This document shows, piece by piece, positions 35,608-40,757 of a stretch of 40,757 bases of DNA. Origin of the DNA: Thelocarpon superellum (taxonomy: Eukaryota). A program made the position numbers and the translations under genes. How positions within the stretch are numbered: position 1 is the stretch's first letter; each line of letters starts with the position of its first letter. The stretch spans positions 1 to 40,757 of the forward strand of contig JAPEUG010000124.1 of NCBI GenBank assembly GCA_026025795.1, in the 5' to 3' direction. The notes below the pieces were generated by a model, which did not search any database, was not told the origin of the DNA, and saw only the letters and a program-made list of their open reading frames with translations.

Positions 35608-36245
35608 GGATTGGCGTGTCCACGACGTTTGTTCTCTGTGTGGGTCGCTAGGTCATTCGGATAGGCGTTGTCGTGTGCGGCCCTCTCGATCCATCTCATC
35701 CCTTCATCTATCCGTGTGGGTTGCGACACGAGGAGTCATGAGTCCATAATGCGACAAGACAGCACTAGACGCAGGCACCCTGGGGACGGGGGCCTCGATG
35801 ACGATGAATCGAGATCTGATGCCAATGCCGTCCGCCACACCAAGGATGCCGTAGCTGTAGACGTGCCATGTGCGATCTGTAATGAGCGACGTGTGATGAG
35901 CGACGTGTGATGTTGCGCTAGGTGTCTGGCGGGACTCAACCTGCCAACGAACGGTTCACGCTACGGCACATCCGTTGCTTGGAGGGGACCTTGATCGTGC
36001 GGATGGAATGAGCACTCCTGGGTATCGGGCCGGATCGTCATGCCATCATAGTACACGGAAGGATGAAGGGAGGCAAGAAGGGCACGGAAGAAGACCCGAG
36101 GACGCGCGAGGATCCACCGGTGAGATACAAACAAGAAGCACCAGTCCAACTCATCCAACCAACTCCCCCTTCCCCGCCCTTTCCGTCCCATCCACGCACG
36201 CACCCATTTCGACACCAACTGGCCAAGCATATCCAACGACAAGGT

Positions 36246-37550
36246 TCAAAACCCAGCCACGCTCCTCACGATGCTATCGGCATTGGACGCCAGCCAGAGA
36301 TCCCAGAAGCCATTGTGGTTGAGGGGATGGGTGGCGTTGAAGCAATCGCTCCAATGGTTCTCGTCGCCCCAGTACGCCGACGAGATGTGGCCCGTGGCGG
36401 ACTCGGTGAGATTGACGGGGCCGACGGGGCCGAAGCCGTCGAGGAAGGTGGCGTAGTGACTGGTCGTGGCTTGCTTGTAGTGGGTAACGATGGAGGTGAT
36501 GCCGATGACGACGGCGAAGCAGAGACCGAGGAAGGAGGCCAGCAGCGCCAGGCCCATGTGCGAGCGTTGTATCGAGCGTTCCACGGGCTGGAACCATTCC
36601 GTCACTTTGCTGCCGAGCAGGTGCCGGCATCCGTACACGGTCCCGAGCACGGTGACCAGCCAGATGCAGCCCAGGATGGAGATGGCTACTTCCGACTGAT
36701 GCAGCACGTTAAGGTCGAAGTTGAAGTCGTCGGAAATGCCGTGCGGCACGTAGCGGTTGTAGTTGCTGGCGTCCTGGCTGTACGACTTGTAGTTGGCGCA
36801 CCCCACCGCGCGCCACCTGGTGTATTGCGTGCCGCAGTCGGAGGCGAACAGGGCGCAGTTGCCGCCCTCGAAGGCGTACTTGCCGTAGTAGGCGGTGCCG
36901 TGGCGCGTGTCGAAGGAGGAGATCAGGAAGGCGGTCGAGGCAAAGACGGTGTCGATGAGCAGCACGAAGTTCATGATGCGCGGCATGGCCCGGCTGGCCA
37001 GGAAGGTCTGCACGGAGATGAGCAGGATGAGCAGGCTCGACGGCGCCGCGTGCGTCCCTCGCCCCGTCGCCGCCACCTTGATGGCCAGCGCGAGCGCCAG
37101 GAAGACCCGGAACGACGTCCACAGGAAAGCGACCATGATGCGTATTCTCGCGAACGGGCCCAGCGTGCGATCGGGCCCTTCCATCAGGTACCGTTCTGGG
37201 AGGTGCTCCTGCGCGTGCTCCGTACCACCCTTTGTGCCATTCAACGCCTCCATCTCTGCCTCGGCCTGCGCTCGTTGCTGCAGCTCATTGCGCTGATCAA
37301 TGTTGGCTTGCGCTCGCGCCTTCCATGACCTGATCCCCGTCACTTTGATGCGTTTGATGTCGGGGGTCCACGACACGCAGGCCGATCGAAAGCCGATGAA
37401 TCCAAGGAGCAGAGAGAGCAAGATGCTGGCTGTCAGGAGCGGCCATGGCGTCGGCAGGTTGCCCTCGGGGTAGTAGATGGTGATGTTTGACGTGTGCGTC
37501 CTGTTGATGGTCCCGAACAGGACCGCCGGGGTGGAGTTGACGTTGGACAT
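36246..37550 (-). CDS. Multi-pass (~6 TM) membrane protein of unknown function, 434 aa
   Basis: Six hydrophobic segments, an N-terminus with N-glycosylation sequons, a Cys-containing loop (GGNC..DC..VGC) and C-terminal WSDCF..P..GFWDLW. Very high GC3. The ATG at 37550 is preferred over 37808 because a TATATA lies between them. Confidence 0.85.
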   Translation of the reverse strand: MSNVNSTPAVLFGTINRTHTSNITIYYPEGNLPTPWPLLTASILLSLLLGFIGFRSACVSWTPDIKRIKVTGIRSWKARAQANIDQRNELQQRAQAEAEMEALNGTKGGTEHAQEHLPERYLMEGPDRTLGPFARIRIMVAFLWTSFRVFLALALAIKVAATGRGTHAAPSSLLILLISVQTFLASRAMPRIMNFVLLIDTVFASTAFLISSFDTRHGTAYYGKYAFEGGNCALFASDCGTQYTRWRAVGCANYKSYSQDASNYNRYVPHGISDDFNFDLNVLHQSEVAISILGCIWLVTVLGTVYGCRHLLGSKVTEWFQPVERSIQRSHMGLALLASFLGLCFAVVIGITSIVTHYKQATTSHYATFLDGFGPVGPVNLTESATGHISSAYWGDENHWSDCFNATHPLNHNGFWDLWLASNADSIVRSVAGF

Positions 37551-37753
37551 GGCCACTGGAGGCGAGCGCAGGAGCCACGCGGATAAAGGCGGTTGACGGT
37601 CACGGAGCAGCAGGAGCCAGAAGTACGGGCAAGTACGGGACGCAAACTCCCAATGATCATACACCTGTGGGTCTGCAACACAAGCAGATCTAGTCACTCC
37701 ATCTCGCAGCGTCAATGGCAAGCCATATGTATCTCGCAGCGTAACGCGACGAA

Positions 37754-37759
37754 TATATA
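37754..37759 (-). promoter_or_regulatory. Putative TATA box of the membrane-protein gene
   Basis: TATATA about 200 bp upstream of the ATG at 37550. Confidence 0.4.
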
Positions 37760-38799
37760 GACGCGCAGCAGTGGTCAGGTCACGAGCATCGCCGTGCTCT
37801 CTTTGCATTACGGTGCGGTCCAGACCCCAAACGACTTCATGTCCGACTGATCATAGAGGCAACGGAACAGGTACTTTTTCCTGAAAGGATTTGCATCGGG
37901 GCCATGCCGCTCCGCTCCTTCGTGGCGGTATGCATGCGCCAGTCATTCAGCTGAGATTCGTCAAGCCGCAAGCCACAGTGTGCTGCTCCCCATTGCTTCG
38001 CTGTTGGAGCAGCCAATGACCAGCCCGGAGTCCTGCCGGCGGTGGCCGACACAGCCCATTACTTCCGAACGAGGCCCCCGTGAACCCTATCTCTGCCAAG
38101 AGGCGGCAGCAAGAGACGCTTGTCTGTATGAGCCACAAGCGCCGACCTCGAATCAGAGCCATCCGTGATCATGTTATCGTCCGTTGTGTGTATCAGACAC
38201 TGTGGACCACGATAGAAGAGGCCGGGGCAGTCGTACGTACGATGTTCATCTACGGCGCCTCTACCAGATCATCCGCGCGCTGTGTCCTCCACCTTTGCCA
38301 ATCCCCTGAACCAAAGTCCGTCAAGGCCGAGCACCGATGCTATTGGTAGTGCTCCGTCCTCCGTAGGGGCCCGTGCAGAGCCTATCCGAGTGCGCAGTAC
38401 TGCTCCGTGGACCCTTACCCGTTTGGTGAAACGGCATTCGTTACCGTTGAGCCACGACGCCTCAAGCGATGAACGTAATCGCGTACCGCGGTCGTGACAG
38501 CCCAGCTTCAATGACGACCTGATGCAAGTTCAAGAATATCGGACAATGGAATCTTGACGAATTGGAAAGATGGAGTGAAATACATGGATATCGGCGACGG
38601 GACAAATCGTCAACTTTCGCCGCTGGTTGACGACGCCTGCTGCCAGCAACCGGATCTCCACGCTCAGAACCGACTTGGTGCGTTGGACCTCTTCAATACT
38701 TGTAGCTGGTCTTCATCTCAAAGCCTGTCTACAATCAGGCATTGATGACCATAGAAACGTGAGGCAACTGATACTGCGTAGGTCTCAAACCTCTCCAAG

Positions 38800-40267
38800 A
38801 TGCACGACGTCCCGATACAGCTCGCCTCCACCGGAAGGGAGAGCCGTGATGATGTCGCGATGCAGCGTGCCAAAGCTTCATCCAAAGATCCCGCAGGCAA
38901 CGGTAACATCCAGCAAACGTTGGCGGTGGCAGGGGCAGTAGCACATACCACGCTCCCGGCATGGATACAGACGGGTGTCATGGTGGGACTGATCTTCGGC
39001 GGCTGCTGCTCCAACGTGTGTTTCTCGCGGGCGGTTTATCAGTAGTGACAAAGGGTCTGACCGCAAAACGTCTAGGTCTTTGCATTGGAATCCATCGTCA
39101 AGTGAGTCGCTGAAGCTCTGTAGACGCTGAATTTGGCTGACAATGTACAGGACACATCCTGATGCAGGTTCGCCATTCCGCTCGTTCTAAGATGACACCT
39201 TCCCACTCACCCGATCCCTCCAGGGCTGTTGATCACGATCACGCAATTCCTGCTGGTAGCAATGACGGGCTATGCCGCACACTTCTCGCCGTCCAATCCA
39301 CCCTTCTACCTCAAGCCCAACGCGGTGCCATTATCGCGATGGTTCATCAACCTGGTCCTATTCTTTTCCGTCAACATGCTCAACAATTATGCCTTTGGCT
39401 TCAACATCTCCGTCCCAGTCCACATCATTCTCCGCTCGGGAGGGAGCGTCACCACCATGTTGATTGGCTGGCTATGGGGAAAGCGGTTCACACGACTCCA
39501 GATTATATCCGTCGCGTTGTTGACTCTCGGGGTAGTCATTGCCGCCACGGCCGACGCCCAAGCACAGGTATACCGATTCCACTAGTCCGGGACAAGAACC
39601 AGCCATTTACTCAGATCAACAGGGAAAGACATCCAGCAACCCTGAAACGAGCACCAGCGTCTTCATCAGCGGCCTGGTGATCCTATTCCTCGCGCAAGTC
39701 CTCTCAGCCTTCATGGGACTCTATGTACAGCGAACGTACGAGATCTACGGGCAGCACTGGCGCGAGAACCTCTTCTACAGCCACTTCCTGTCGCTTCCTC
39801 TCTTCCTGCCCTTCCTGCCCTCCATGCGTCGGCAACTCACGCAAGTAGCCGCCTCGCCGCCTCTCACCCTGCCCACCTCTCTCACCACCGCCCTCCCACC
39901 ACCCATCACCGCGCTCTTTGCCAAATTCACCGCACAGATCCACATCCACATCCCTCGCCAGATCGCCCTCCTCTTCGCCAACGCCGTGACGCAGTACGCG
40001 TGCGTCCGCGGCGTCAATCTGCTGGGGGCTCGTAGTTCGGCACTGACGGTCACGATCGTGTTGAATATCCGCAAGCTCGCGAGCCTGCTCCTGAGCATCT
40101 GGCTCTTTGGGAATCGACTCGCGCCTGGCGTGCTGGTTGGTGCTGTCGTGGTGTTCTCGGCTGGTGCGCTGTACGCTTGGGAGGGGCAGCGGAGAGCCAC
40201 TGCTGCCGCGGGCGCGGGCGCGGGTGCGAATGCGAACGCAAGGGCTGTAGAGAAGAAGGATCTGTAA
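38800..40267 (+). CDS. YEA4: UDP-N-acetylglucosamine transporter (Yea4/SLC35B4, UAA family), ~415 aa; introns 39016-39075, 39102-39150, 39168-39223, 39568-39622
   Basis: IFGGCCSN|VFALE, LITITQF, NNYAFGFNISVPVHIILRSGG, WRENLFYSHFLSLPLF, TQYACVRGVN, LNIRKLASLLLSI. The start is uncertain (38800 or 38860). Confidence 0.94.
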
Positions 40268-40566
40268 TTTGGGACAAAGCCGGAGGAAGAAGGGGCGTAT
40301 TTCGCATTGGACGGCGTATAGCAGAAGTGGATAGAAGCATATAGAATGACGTGTTGATACGCGTATGGCTCGTCATAGAACGAGACAGGCTTTTGACATG
40401 GATACGTGACTCGAGGTGACTATTAGGTATCCCTACGCTGTCATACTAGGATAGGATGTGAATTGTGGGAGGATAGATGGAGGAGAGAGAGGGGAGTGAG
40501 TAAGGGAGGAGGGGGGATGGAAGAATGGTAGAATTGAGCGGGGAAGGGGGGGCGGACGGGTGAGCA

Positions 40567-40616
40567 CAGAGAGAGAGACACACACACACGCACACGCACA
40601 CACACACACATACACA
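40567..40616. repeat. Compound microsatellite (AG)n/(CA)n
   Basis: cagagagagagacacacacacacgcacacgcacacacacacacatacac read directly. Confidence 0.9.
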
Positions 40617-40757
40617 CGACGAAGAGAAATGAAAAAGAATACATCGATTCCCTCCGCTACAAAACCTCACCAACGACGAGAAATGAAAATAGAATACATC
40701 GATTCCCTCCGTTACAAAACCTCACCGACGACGAGAAATGAAAATAGAATACATCGA
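40616..40757. repeat. 54-55-bp tandem repeat (minisatellite), about 2.5 copies, truncated by the window end
   Basis: Unit GAGAAATGAAAA(T)AGAATACATCGATTCCCTCCG(C/T)TACAAAACCTCACC(A/G)ACGAC starts at 40624, 40678 and 40733. Confidence 0.92.

Noticed and set aside
36063..37328. 421-aa + strand ORF
   Set aside because: Antisense shadow of the high-GC3 membrane-protein gene; its composition is not protein-like.
37551..37808. 86-aa N-terminal extension of the membrane protein from the ATG at 37808
   Set aside because: The extension lacks the gene's codon bias and contains the likely TATA box, so it is probably promoter/5' UTR.
40616..40757. CRISPR-like array
   Set aside because: The units are contiguous near-identical tandem copies with no unique spacers, the context is eukaryotic, and there are no cas genes.

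Overview
Eukaryotic DNA: a GC-rich, gene-dense stretch of a filamentous ascomycete (Pezizomycotina-type) genome. Introns are short (about 49-144 bp, GT-AG, with CTAAC/CTGAC branch points), so most ORF-track entries are exon fragments or antisense shadow ORFs. I reconstructed 15 protein-coding genes by hand. The conserved core genes are AMP deaminase (AMD1), the checkpoint clamp loader Rad17, a large F-box-like/zinc-finger protein, Abp1, monothiol glutaredoxin Grx3/4, the PP2A B subunit Cdc55 and the UDP-GlcNAc transporter Yea4. They are interspersed with secreted or membrane proteins I cannot name. The most interesting region is 0.8-6.9 kb. It holds a secreted precursor (1703-2584, -) with Kex2-type dibasic sites, Ste13-type X-A/X-P dipeptides and two different duplicated two-cysteine modules. 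Divergently transcribed from it is a secreted protein (6182-6895, +) whose motifs match the bacterial/phage GH19 (lysozyme-like) fold. A second orphan secreted pair sits at 30.0-32.5 kb, and a 54-55 bp minisatellite begins at the window end. I found no rRNA, tRNA, CRISPR or recognisable transposase by eye. All homology calls come from motif recognition, not from database searches.
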